Below, one piece after another: positions 43,169 to 54,309 of a stretch of 64,000 nt of DNA (positions within the stretch are counted from its first letter, which is position 1; every line of letters starts with the position of its first letter). Location of the stretch: the NCBI RefSeq assembly GCF_009914755.1, contig NC_060936.1; one strand, 5' to 3'. The DNA is from the human T2T-CHM13v2.0 reference genome, Homo sapiens. Under the pieces are notes generated by a model. It searched no databases. It saw only the letters and a list, made by a program, of their open reading frames with translations, and was not told the origin of the DNA. Position numbers and translations under genes: made by a program.

Positions 43169-43861
43169 GAAATGCTATTACTTTTATAAAGTGTGTATGT
43201 CTGTATTCTTGGGAGTTAAAAGTAAGGTCTGGCAAATGAATGACCCGAAGTATTAATTTTGCCATAATTTCACAAAAGCAATAATATTTTTTCAGGCCAC
43301 CAGATGAGAAGAAATCATAACCAAATTTATTTGGCAGCTAAGATGTCACAGTTTGGAAAGCAGTGAGTCAGAGATCAAAGAACAGCAAGGCAGGCACTTC
43401 CTTACTGATGGTGTGTCTGGAATTGGTTCCTTCCAGTGGGTTCTTGGTCTCACTGACTTCAAGAATGAAGCCGCAGACCCTCGCGCTGAGTGTTACAGCT
43501 CTTAAAGATGGTGTGTCCGGAGTTTGTTCCTTCAGATGTTTAGATGTGTCCGGAGTTTCTTCCTTCCAGTGGGTTCGTGGTCTCACTGACTTCAGGAGTG
43601 AAGCTGCAGACCTTCACAGTGAATATTACAGCTCTTAAAGGTGGTGCGTCCAGAGTTGTTTGTTCCTCCCCATGAGCTGGTGGCCTCGCTGACTTCAGGA
43701 ATGAAGCCACAGACCCTCACGGTGAGTGTTACAGCTCATAAAGTTAGTACGGACCCAAAGAGTGAGCCGCAGCAAGATTTATTGTGAAGAGCAAAAGAAC
43801 TAAGCTTCCACCATGCGGAAGGGGACCAGAGTGAGTTGCCCACTGTTGGCTTGGGTGGCCA

Positions 43862-44100
43862 GCTTTTATTCCCTTATTTGGCCCCACCCATGTCCTACTG
43901 ATTGGTCCATTTTACAGAGTGCTGATTGGTCCATTTTACAGAGCGTTGCTGGTGCATTTACAATCCTTTAGCTAGACACAGAGCGCTGACTGGTGCGTTT
44001 TTACGGAGTGGTGATTGGTGCATTTACAATCCTTTAGCTAGACACAGTGCTGATTGGTGAGTTTTTAGAGTGCTGACTGGTGCATTTACAATTCTCTAGC
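43862..44100 (-). promoter_or_regulatory. LTR12 U3 promoter: CCAAT (NF-Y) array plus AATAAAAGC TATA-like box
   Basis: Intact ATTGG (CCAAT on minus) at 43901, 43925, 44014 and 44053 plus degenerate copies; gcttttatt at 43862-43870; CCCCACCC at 43882. Confidence 0.7.
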
Positions 44101-44148
44101 TGGACAGAAAAGTTCTCCAAGTCCCTACTCGACCCAGGAAGTCCAGCT

Positions 44149-44562
44149 TGTCAGGCCTCTGAGCCCAAGCTAAGCCATCATATCCCCTGTGACCTGCACA
44201 TACGCATCCAGATGGCCAGTTCCTGCCTTAACTGATGACATTCCACCACAAAAGGAGTGAAAATGGCCTGTTCCTGCCTTAACTGATGACATTATCTTGT
44301 GAAATTCCTTCTCCCAGCTCATCCTGGCTCAGAAGCTCCCCTACTGAGTACCTTGTGACCCCCACTCCTTCCCGCCAGAGAACAACCCCCTTTTGACTAT
44401 AATTTTCCTTTACCTACCCAAATCTTATAAAACCGCCCCCATCCCTATCTCCCTTCACTGACTCTCTTTTTGGACTCAGCCCGCCTGCCCCCAGGTGATT
44501 AAAAAGCTTTATTCCTCACACAAAGCCTGTTTGGTGGTCTCTTCACACGAACACGAGTGAAA
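44149..44562 (+). promoter_or_regulatory. HERV-H 5' LTR (LTR7), 414 bp
   Basis: TATAAAA at 44426, ATTAAA polyA-like signal at 44498, ACATTCCA and ACAAAAGG in U3. Confidence 0.95.
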
Positions 44563-44564
44563 TT

Positions 44565-44582
44565 TGGTGCTATGACTTGGAT
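44565..44582 (+). other. tRNA-His primer binding site (CpG-decayed)
   Basis: tggtgctatgacttggat versus canonical TGGTGCCGTGACTCGGAT; all 3 differences lie at CpG positions. Confidence 0.9.
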
Positions 44583-44705
44583 CGGGGGACCTCCCTTGGG
44601 AGAGCAATCCCCTGTCCTCCTGCTCTTTGTTCCATGAGAAAGATCCACCTACGACCTCTGGTCCTCAGACCAACCAGCCCAAGGAACATCTCACCAACTT
44701 TAAAT

Positions 44706-44714
44706 CTGGTAAGC
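44706..44714 (+). promoter_or_regulatory. HERV-H major splice donor CTG|GTAAGC
   Basis: Consensus-like donor about 146 nt downstream of the 5' LTR, at the position known for the HERV-H donor. Confidence 0.75.
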
Positions 44715-45001
44715 GGCTTCTTTTTACTCTCTTCTCCAACCTCTCTCACTATCCCTCAACCGCTTTCTCCTTTCATTCTTGGCACCACACTTCAATCTCT
44801 CCCTTCTCTTAATTTCTGTTCCTTTCCTTTTCTGGTAGAGATGAAGGAGACTCATTTTATCCATGGACCCAAAACTCTGGCACCAGTCACAGACTCGAAG
44901 ACAGTCTTCTCTTGGTGTTTAATCATGTGGGGACGCCTGCCTGATTATTTACCCACGTTTCAGAGGTGTCTGACCACATGGGGACGCCTGCCTTGGTCCT
45001 G

Positions 45002-45240
45002 CACCCTTAGTGGCAAGTACCACTTTTCTGGGGGGCAAGAACCCCTCCAACCCCTTCTCCTTCACCCTTAGTGGCAAGTACCACTTTTCTGGTGGGCAAG
45101 AACCCCCCAACCCCTTCTCCCTCACCCTTAGCAGCAAGTACTGCTTTTCTGGGGGACAAGAACCCCCCAACCCATTCTCCTTCAACCTTGGAGGCAAGTA
45201 CCACTTTTCTAGGGGGCAAGAAACCCCCGACCCCTTCTCT
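45002..45240. repeat. 4 x ~60-bp tandem repeat in the HERV-H leader
   Basis: Units begin at 45002, 45063, 45123 and 45183 (cacccttagtggcaagtaccacttttctggggggcaagaaccccccaaccccttctcc). Confidence 0.95.
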
Positions 45241-45284
45241 CTGTGTCTCTACTCTCTCTTTTCTCTGGGCTTGCCTCCTTCACT

Positions 45285-46520
45285 ATGGGCAGGCTTCCGC
45301 CCTCCATTCCTCCTTCTTCTCCCTTAGCCTGTGTTCTTCAAAACCTAAAACCTCTTCAACTCACATCTGACCTAAAACCTAAATGCCTTATTTACTTCTG
45401 CAATGCCGCTTGAACCCAATACAAACTTGACAGTGGTTCCAAACAGCCAGAAAATGGCACTTTCAATTTTTTCCATCCTACAAGATCTAAATAATTCTTG
45501 TCTTAAAATGGGCAAACGGTCTGTGGTGCCTGACGTCCAGGCATTCTTTCACATATCGGTCCCTCCCTAGTCTCTGTTCCCAGTGCAACTTGTCCTAAAT
45601 CTTCCTTCTTTCCCTCCTGCCTGTCCCCTCAGTCCCAACCCCGAGCGTCACTGAGTCTTTCTAATCTTCCTTTTCTACAGACCCATCTGACCTCTCCCCT
45701 CCTCACCAGGCCGAGCTAGGTCACAATTCTTCCTCAACCTCCACTCCTCCACCCTATAATCCTTTTATCACCTCCCCTCCTCACACCTGGTCCGGCTTAC
45801 AGTTTCGTTCCGCGACTAGCCCTCCCCCACCTGCCCAGCAATTTCCTCTTAAAAAGGTGGCTGGAGCTAAAGGCATAGTCAAGGTTAATGCTCCTTTTTC
45901 TTTATCCCAAATCGGATAGCGTTTAGGCTCTTTTTCATCAAATATAAAACCCCGGCCCAGTTCATGGCTCATTTGGCAGCAACCCTGGGATGCTTTACAG
46001 CCCTAGACCCTAAAAGGTCAAAAGGCCGTCTTATTCTCAATATACATTTTATTGCCCAATCCGCTCCGGACATTAAATAAAACTCCAAAAATTAAATTCC
46101 AGCCCTCAAACCCCACAACAGGACTTAATTAACCTCGCCTTCAAGGTGTACAATAATAGAGTAGAGGCAGCCAAGCAGCAACATATTTCTGAGTTGCGAT
46201 TCCTCGCCTCCACTGTGAGACAAACCCCAGCCACATCTCCAGCACACAAGAACTTCCAAACGCCTAAACCGCAGTGGCCAGGTGTTCCTCCAGGCCCGCC
46301 TCCCCCCAGGAGCTTGCCCCAACTGCCAGAAATCTGGCCACCAGGCCAAGGGATGCCTGCAGCCCGGGATTTCTCCTAAGCCATGTCCCATCTGTGTGGG
46401 ACCCCACTGAAAATCGGACTGTTCAACTCACCTGGCAGCCACTCCTAGACCCCCTGGAACTCTGGCCCAAGGCTCTCCGACTGACTCCTTCCCAGTTCTT
46501 CTCGACTTAGTGGCTGAAGA
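45285..46520 (+). pseudogene. gag: HERV-H gag remnant
   Basis: CCHC knuckle CPNCQKSGHQAKGC at 46315-46356 and a second knuckle CPICVGPH*KSDC with a stop; Pro-rich upstream segment; many stops. 5' boundary approximate. Confidence 0.75.
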
Positions 46521-46559
46521 CTGACACTGCCCGATCACCTTGGAAGCCCCCTAGACCAT

Positions 46560-46900
46560 CACGGATGCCGAGCTTTGGGTAACTCTCACAGTGGAGGGTA
46601 AGTCTGTCCCCTTCTTAATCAATATGAAATCTACCCACTCCACATTACCTTCTTTTCAAGGGCCTGTTTCCCTTGCCTCCATAACTGTTGTGGGTATTGA
46701 TGGCCAGGCTTCTAAATCTCTTAAAACTCCCCAACTCTGGTGCCAACTTAGACAATATTTTTTAAGCACTCCTTTTTAGTTATCCCCACCTGCCCAGTTC
46801 CCTTATTAGGCCCAGACACTTTAACTAAATTATCTGCTTCCCTGACTATTCCTGGACTACAGCCGCATCTCATTGCTGCCCTTCTTCCCAATCCAAAGCC
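46560..46900 (+). pseudogene. pro: HERV-H protease remnant
   Basis: VEGKSVPFLINMKSTHSTLP (degenerate LIDTGATHS active site) followed by ITVVGIDGQ. Confidence 0.8.
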
Positions 46901-46904
46901 TCCT

Positions 46905-49500
46905 TTGCATCTTCCTCTTGTATACCTCCACCTTAACCCACAGGTATGGGGTACCTCTACTCCCTCCTTGACGACCAATCATGCACCCCTTACCATCTCA
47001 TTAAAACCTAATCAACCTTACCCCGCTCAATGCCAATATCCCATCCCACAGCATGCTTTAAAAGGATTAAAGTCTGTTATCACTCACCTGCTACAGCATG
47101 GCCTTTTAAAGCCTACAAACTCCCCTTACAATTCCCCCATTTTTCCTGTCCTGAAACCAGACAAGTTTTACAGGTTAGTTCAGGATCTGCGCCTTATCAA
47201 CCAAATTGTTTTGCCTATCCACACTGTGGTGCCAAACCCATATACTCTCCTATCCTCAATACCTCCCTCCACAACCCATTATTCTGTTCTGGATCTCAGA
47301 CATGCTTTCTGTACTATTCCTTTGCACACTTCATCCCAGCCTCTCTTCCCTTTCACTTGGACTCACCCTGACACCCATCAGGCTCAGCAAATTACCTGGG
47401 CTGTACTGCTGCAAGGCTTCACAGACAGCCCCCATTACTTCAGTCAAGCCCAAATTTCTTCCTCATCTGTTACCTATCTCAGCATAATTCTCACAGAAAC
47501 ACCTGTGCTCTCCCTGCCGCTCATGTCCAACTGATCTCTCAAACCCCAGCATCTTCTACAAAACAACTCCTTTCTTTCCTAGGCAAGGTTAGATACTTTC
47601 GACTTTAGATACCTGGTTTTGCCATCCTAACAAAAACATTATATAAACTCACAAAAGGGAACCTAAATGACCCCATAGATCTTAAATCCTTTCCCCACTC
47701 CTCTTTCCATTCCTTGAAGACAGCTTTAGAGACTGCCCACACCCTAGCTTTTCCTGACTCATCCCAACCCTTTTCATTACCCACAGCTGAAGTGTAGGGC
47801 TGTGCAGTCAGAATTCTTACACAAGAACCGGGACTGCACCCTGTAGCCTTTTTATCCAAACAACTTGACCTTACTGTTTTGCCTAGCTCTCAAGTCTGCG
47901 TGAGGCAGCCACCACCACCGTAATACTTTTAGAAGCCCTTAAGATCCCAAACTATGCTCAACTCACTCTCTACAGTTCTCATAACTTCCAAAATCTATTT
48001 TCTTCCTCATACCTGACACATATACTTTCTGCTCCTCGGCTCCTTCAGCTATACTCACTCTTTGCTGAGTCTCCCACAATTACCATTGTTCCTGGCAAGA
48101 ACTTCAATCCGGCCTCCCACATTATTCTGGATACCACACCCGACCTTCATGACTGTATCTCTTTGATCCATCTGACATTCACCCCATTTCCCCATATTTC
48201 CTTCTTTCCTGTTCCTCACCCTGATCACATTTGGTTTATTGATGGCAGTTCCACAAGGTCTAATCGCCACTCACCAGCAAAGGCAGGCTATGCTATAGTA
48301 TCATCCACATCTATCATTGAGGCTACCGCTGTGGCCCCCTCCACTACCTCTCAGAAAGCCGAACTAGTTGCCTTAACTCAAGCCCTCACTCTTGCAAAAG
48401 AACTATGCATCAATATTTATACTGACTCTAAATATGCCTTTCATATTCTGCACCACCATGTTGTTATATGGGCTGAAAGAGGTTTCCTCACTATGCAAAG
48501 GTCCTCCATCATTAATGCCTCTTTAATAAAAACTCTGCTCAGGGCTGCTTTACTTCCAAAGGAAGCTGGAGTCATTCACTGCAAAGGCCATCAAAAGGCG
48601 TGAGATCCCATTGCTCTAGGCAACGCTTATGCTGATAAGGTGGCTAGACAAGCAGCTAGCTTTCCAACTTCTGTCCCTCACGGCTAGTTTTTCTCCTTCA
48701 CATCGGTCGCTCCCACCTACTCCTCCGCTGAAACTTCCACCTATCAATCTCTTCCCACACAAGGCAAATGGTTCTTGGACCAAGGAAAATATCTCCTTCC
48801 AGCCTCACAGGCCCATTCTATTCTGTCATAATTTCATAACCTCTTCCTTGTAGGTTACAAGCCACTAGGCAGTCTCTTAGAACCTCTCATTTCCTTTCCA
48901 TCCTGGAAATCTATCCTCAAGGAAATTACTTCTCAGTGTTCCATCTGCTATTCTACTACCCCGCAGGGATTGCTCAGGCCTCCTCCCCTCCCTACACATC
49001 AAGCTCAGGGATTTGCCCCCGCCCAGGACTGGCAAATTGACTTTACTCACATGCCCCCAGTCAGAAAACTAAAATACCTCTTAGTCTGGGTAGACACTTT
49101 CACTGGATGGATAGAGGCCTTTCCTACAGGGTCTGAGAAGGCCACCACGGTCATTTCTTTCCTTCTGTCAGACATAATTCCTTGGTTTGGCCTTCCCACC
49201 TCTATACAGTTTGATAGCAGACCGGCCTTTATTAGTCAAATCAGCCAAGCATTTTTTCAGGCTCTTGGTATTCAGTGAAACCTTTATATCCCTTATGGTC
49301 CTCAGTCTTCAGGAAAGGTAGAACAGACTAATGGTCTTTTAAAAACACACCTCACCAAGCTCAGCCACCAACTTAAAAAGGACTGGACGATACTTTTACC
49401 ACTTTCCCTTCTCAGAATTCAGGCCTGTCCTCGGAATGCTACAGGGTACAGCCCATTTGAGCTCCTGTATGGACGCTGTTTTTTATTAGGCCCCAGTCTC
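46905..49500 (+). pseudogene. pol: HERV-H pol remnant (RT with internal deletion, RNase H, integrase)
   Basis: RT: QYPIP, YNSPIFPVLKPD, YRLVQDLRLIN, SVLDLRHAF, LQGFTDSP, with the YxDD region missing. RNase H: WFIDGSS, AELVALTQAL, NIYTDSKYAF, HCKGHQ. Integrase: WQIDFTHM, VDTFTGWIEAF. Confidence 0.93.
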
Positions 49501-50121
49501 ATTCCAGACACCAGACCAACTTGGACTGTGCCCCAAAAAACTTGTCATCCCTACTATCTTCTGTCTGGTCATACTCCTAATTCACCTTTCTCAACTACTC
49601 ATACATGCCCTGCTCTTGTTTACACTGCTGGTTTTCACTGTTTCTCCAAGCCATCACAGCTGATATTTCCTGGTGCTATCCCCAAACTGCCACTCTTAAC
49701 TCTTAAAGTAAATAAATAATCTTTGCTGGCAGGACTATGCTGAATCTCCTTAGGCACTCTCTAATTAGATGTCCTGGGTCCTCCCAATTCTTAGACTTTT
49801 AATACCTGTTTTTCTCTTTCTCTTATTCCATTTAGTTTTTCAATTCATACAAAACTGTAACCAGGCCATCACCAATAATTCTAAATGACAAATGTTTCTT
49901 CTAACAACCCCACAATATCACCCACAATATCACCCCTTACCACAAAATCTTCCTTCAGCTTAATCTCTCCCACTCTAGCTTCCCACGCTGCCCCTAATCC
50001 CGCTTGAAGCAGCCCTGAGAAACATCGCCCATTGTCTCTCCATACCACCCCCAAAAATTTTCACCATCCCAACACTTTACCACTATTTTGTTTTATTTTT
50101 CTTATTTATATAAGACAGGAA

Positions 50122-50584
50122 TGTCAGGCCTCTGAGCCCAAGCTAAGCCATCATATCCCCTGTGACCTGCATGTACACATCCAGATGGCCAGTTCCTGCC
50201 TTAACTGATGACATTCCACCACAAAAGAAGTGAAAATGGCCAGTTCCTGCCTTAACTGATGACATTCCACCACAAAAGAAGTGAAAATGGCCTGTTCCTG
50301 CCTTAACTGATGATGTTATCTTGTGAAATTCCTTCTCCTGGCTCATCCTGGCTCAAAAGCTCCCCTACTGAGCACCTTGTGTCCCCCACTCCTTCCCACC
50401 AGAGAACAACCCCCCTTTGACTGTAATTTTCCTTTACCCACCCAAATCTTATAAAACGGCCCCACCCCATCTCCCTTCCCTGACTCTCTTTTCGGACTCA
50501 GCCTGCCTGCACCAAGGTGATTAAAAAGCTTTATTACTCACACAAAGCCTGTTTGGTGGTCTCTTCACACGGACGCGAGTGAAA
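50122..50584 (+). promoter_or_regulatory. HERV-H 3' LTR (LTR7), 463 bp, with an extra 51-bp U3 repeat
   Basis: Homologous to the 5' LTR; repeat starts at 50186, 50237 and 50288; preceded by the purine-rich aagacaggaa. Confidence 0.95.
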
Positions 50585-51604
50585 CAGCTGGCTTCACCTC
50601 TCAATGGTATGTAATATGTAACATATAATAGAAATTGTTTGGTAAGTCAAGTCCAATCTGATGTGGCAGATAACACTTGTTCTTGTCCATCTGTGTCTTT
50701 CGACTGTCTTGTTTTTCTGGAGACTGAAAGCCTCAAGGAACAAGCTACGTCTTACTATAGACGAGAATTACCTGATGCTCAGATTTTAGGCACAAGGCAG
50801 GCTCCCAAGGAAATCAATCGGAAAAGACAATTTTTCTATTGAAGACTAGAGGTACATTTTTAAAATGGTAGCAAACCTTAAAAAATTATCTATAATGTCT
50901 CACAGCTAAAAAATATCCCAAAAGGATAAATGGAGAGTTTAAAACAATTAAAGATTTCAAGGACTTGAAATCTACTTAAGGACTTCTTGAATGCAAGATT
51001 AGGAAAAGAAATGGTTAGAAATATCAAACAAAAGAGTTAATTAGATCATATTTTGAGAAGCACAAAATATAAATAATATTTTTAAAGTGCTCCAAACTAT
51101 GTCAGAGGTAAAAGCCAGCATGGAATTTGGGTTTCATATCACACCCAAAAAGATATTCAAGATTAACTTACTCTGTTGAAATATATATTAAAAGTAATGA
51201 TAACTACGTCAAAATATGTTGTTAAGGATATATAATCAGATTGGCAGATGATCATTTCAATGGAAAATAAAAAGTTTCAAATCAACTGCAGAACCATCAT
51301 AATAAAATGGAATAAAAAATAGTAAAGAAAAAGTAACAGGGCAAAGGAAGTAGTAGAAAGCTATCACTTAAAACGTATAAAGTAAAAAAATTAAACTCTA
51401 ATAACAAGCATAAGTCACTGAACAAAATTCAATAATCTGATGTCTATAAGAAACACACTTAAAATTAAAATGTAAACGGAATAAAATCCAAAAGGTAATT
51501 TAAAGCCAGCCATGCCTGTAGAAATACAAAAATAAAAATAAAAAAATTTAAAAAGGAGATTTCTACTGTGGCACAAAAATTTTAGACAGATTAACAAGTT
51601 ACTA

Positions 51605-52425
51605 TTGTATTTTTCACAAGAAAAACCTGAGACAAATTAGATTTAATAGGGCTTATTTGAACAAAGAATGATTCATAAATAGGGCAGCACTCAGAATGAG
51701 AATAGTCTTAGAGAGCTCTGCCTAGCAGTGTGATCAGTGAGATTTTATAGCCAAGATATAGGAGCAAAGTAGGTAAATCACCAGATTGGCTACAGCTAGG
51801 CATTTGCCTAATTTGGGCATGATGGAATAATGTGGCTGCATGTGATTTGTTGAAACTTGGCTGCTTGTGATTGGCTGAAACTCAGCTCTTTGTTATATCC
51901 CTTAATTAGGTTTTGGTTTGTTTACCTACTAAGATAGCAGTTTGTTAAGTAGGAGTTCAAAGTACAGAGCTAGCTCAGACTGATGTGTTCAGGAAAAGCT
52001 CAGTGCTGGGAGGGAAACTGAGGCAGGGCTTGCATAATGTCCTCTGGAACGTGTTTAGACTTGCTGACTCCTTGCTTCTAGCCTTGCTAGGCTCCTAGAT
52101 CGATTGTATTTCCATTACCTCAAGTAGCAGAACATGTTCCTTATAAATGCTGAACCATCACAGCTGTAGATCATGCACCTGCCCTTTTGACCGCCACATT
52201 TTCACCACCTGTTTACCTGTTGGATTACCAGTAAATAGCGTGGGCTCCCAGAGCTCAGGGCCTTCACAGCCTCCATGATAGTGATGGCCCCCGGTCCCAG
52301 CTTTCTCTCTCAAACTGTCTTTTTCTCAATCCTTTGACTCCGCAGGACTTTGTCACCCCCATGACCTGGTGTTGGGTCTGATCACCCCAACACTGATGGC
52401 TTCCTGCTTAAATATATATTAAACA
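51605..52425 (-). mobile_element. ERV1 solo LTR (LTR47-like), split by LTR3
   Basis: gattcataaatagggcagca, gattggctacagct and gtgattggctgaaactc motifs, end attaaaca; left boundary and family name approximate. Confidence 0.55.
51986..52392 (+). mobile_element. LTR3 (HERV-K HML-6) solo LTR
   Basis: tgttcaggaaaagctcagtgctgggagggaaactgaggcagggcttgcat ... gggtctgatcaccccaaca; perfect 6-bp TSD ctgatg, the length typical of betaretrovirus-like ERVs. Confidence 0.85.
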
Positions 52426-54167
52426 AGTTAACTTGCATATAAAGTTATATTAAACAAAAATATTTTAACAATGTTGCATTTGTATATGCTAACCAACATA
52501 GTAACAATATATTCTGAAGAAAAAGGATTAAAAATGGCAAATATATTGTTCCCGAAAACTTCATTAGTTTATAATGTTAGGCTTAGTAGACACAAAATTA
52601 AAATAAAAATATGAAAATTTCAAAATGGAATCAAACAATAATATACAATAACTGTAATAGTGAGAGCTTAATGACAGCAGAACCTTTTTTTATTAAGTTG
52701 ACAGACTATTTTTCAAAAATTGCTCAGATATTGAGATAAGAAAAACACAATTGATAAATATTAGAATGGCTGAAAATCTGTATGTTTTATAATTTTTTGT
52801 TTTAAAACACTTTAAGGTGAAATTTACATAATGTAACTAATAATTTTAAAGTGAACAATTAAATGACAACCACAATTAGTCATATGTTTTGCAATCACCA
52901 CCTCTATCTAAAAATTACAGCAAATGAAGCCCTGTGGAAGCAAGAGCCAGATAAGGCTTTTTTTCTTTTGCCATGTGCATATGTGACTATGTATTTTATA
53001 ATGAGGAGGATTTTTTTCCAAGGCTTTAGGGACCAAAAAAAATTGTAAACATAATAACATTAAAAACAACCATCTATGGAACACTTCCTTTAGACCAGTC
53101 ACAGTGTACAGGACATTACAGGTTTTATCTCATTCAGCCTGTGTGGAGCCTTCAGCTATCCACAGTCTAAACCGCTATTACTCTCACCTTCTGCTAAGCC
53201 ACATGTGATAGAAATTGTGTGGCCTATCAGATAACTAGGGTAAAGTTGGAGGATTGGCATAACACTCCTGGAGGCTTTTGTTAAAAGTCCAATTTGAAAA
53301 TAAATTTGTATGACAAAATAGAAAGCTTATCATTTAAAACATTCTAAAGTGGCTAAAACAAACATCCAAAGAAGCTATTACTACTGTCTGGTTTTCAGAT
53401 ACAAGGGAAGAAATTTGAAGTTTGACCATTTTATCAAGCGTGGCATCATATTATTTGTATTATGTGAGACATCATGTTTTTATAAACAGTTTTAATGATG
53501 TAGAAATTAAGATGTTGAGCTTCATTAATACTTGACTTTATCCAATGGGATCTAAATCTGCTTTAGTTTCACTTTCAGATAACTGCCTCTAGCTCTTGAT
53601 ATGCTATTCAGAATTGGTTTTAGATGTTTTAAAAGAGCATAAAAGAGAATTTATCGAATGTCCATAAATATATTTTTATAATTATTGTTACAATCATTAT
53701 TGTTAGCATGGTGACAATAAACATCCTTCAAAACTTGTCCCTTACAAATGAAGCCCTTCTATTCCTAGTAGACCTCAAAGTGAAGATGAATGGAAAGGAA
53801 CAAAATGTGTCCCCAGATAAGCTAGTTTAGCATTATTTATACAGCCCTCATATGCGTTCAATATGTCACATATGATATACAAATATACCCTAATATATCT
53901 TATGGTATCATTCAGGTTGAATATTCCTTATCTGAAATGCCTGGAACAAGAAATGTTTCTGATTTTGCATTGTTTCTGATTTTTGGAATAGTTACATATA
54001 CATAATGAGAGATCTTGAAGATGGGACCCAAGTCTAAATAAAAAATTTTTGTATGTTTCATATACACTCTATACACATAGACTGAAGGTAATTTTATACA
54101 ATATTTTAAATGATTTTGTTCACAAAACAAAGTTTGTGTGGATCAAACTATATACAAAAGGAAAGGA

Positions 54168-54309
54168 GGCCGGGTGTGGTAGCTTATGCCTGTAATCCTA
54201 GTACTTTGGGGAGGCTGAGGTGAGAGGATCACTTGAGCCCCAGGAGTTTGAGACTAGCCTGGGCAAATAGTGAGAATCTGTCTCTACAAAAATAAAAATA
54301 AAATTCAAA
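54168..54309 (+). mobile_element. Alu monomer (FLAM_C-like) inside Tigger4
   Basis: ggccgggtgtggtagcttatgcctgtaatcc ... tgtctctacaaaaa; TSD aaaag(g/c)aaagg. Confidence 0.9.

Larger units (their letters stand above)
44149..50584 (+). mobile_element. HERV-H provirus (common deleted type) with both LTR7 LTRs
   Basis: LTRs tgtcaggcctctgagcccaagc ... gagtgaaa, His PBS, gag/pro/pol remnants, purine-rich tract before the 3' LTR; perfect 5-bp TSD cagct (44144-44148, 50585-50589). Confidence 0.98.
43412..50603 (-). mobile_element. ERV9/LTR12-family solo LTR split by HERV-H (parts 43412-44148 and 50585-50603)
   Basis: Start tgtgtctggaattgg, three U5 repeats (ctgacttca..gaagcc.cagacc..gttacagctc), tandem gctgattgg repeats, and gaagtccagct|ggcttcacctctca rejoined across the provirus; 4-bp TSD atgg (43408-43411, 50604-50607). 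Confidence 0.93.

Noticed and set aside
45002-45240. Regularly spaced repeats as a possible CRISPR array (also the LTR12 U5 repeats and the 51-bp LTR7 repeats)
   Set aside because: Units are contiguous tandem copies without unique spacers, lie inside ERV sequence, and there are no cas genes; the DNA is primate.
46905-49278. Possible functional retroviral RT, RNase H or integrase
   Set aside because: The RT lacks the YxDD segment, the protease active site is degenerate, frames are broken by stops, and env is essentially absent.
49909-49932. 12-bp tandem duplication cccacaatatca in the HERV-H 3' region
   Set aside because: Real but an ordinary slippage duplication with no evident consequence.
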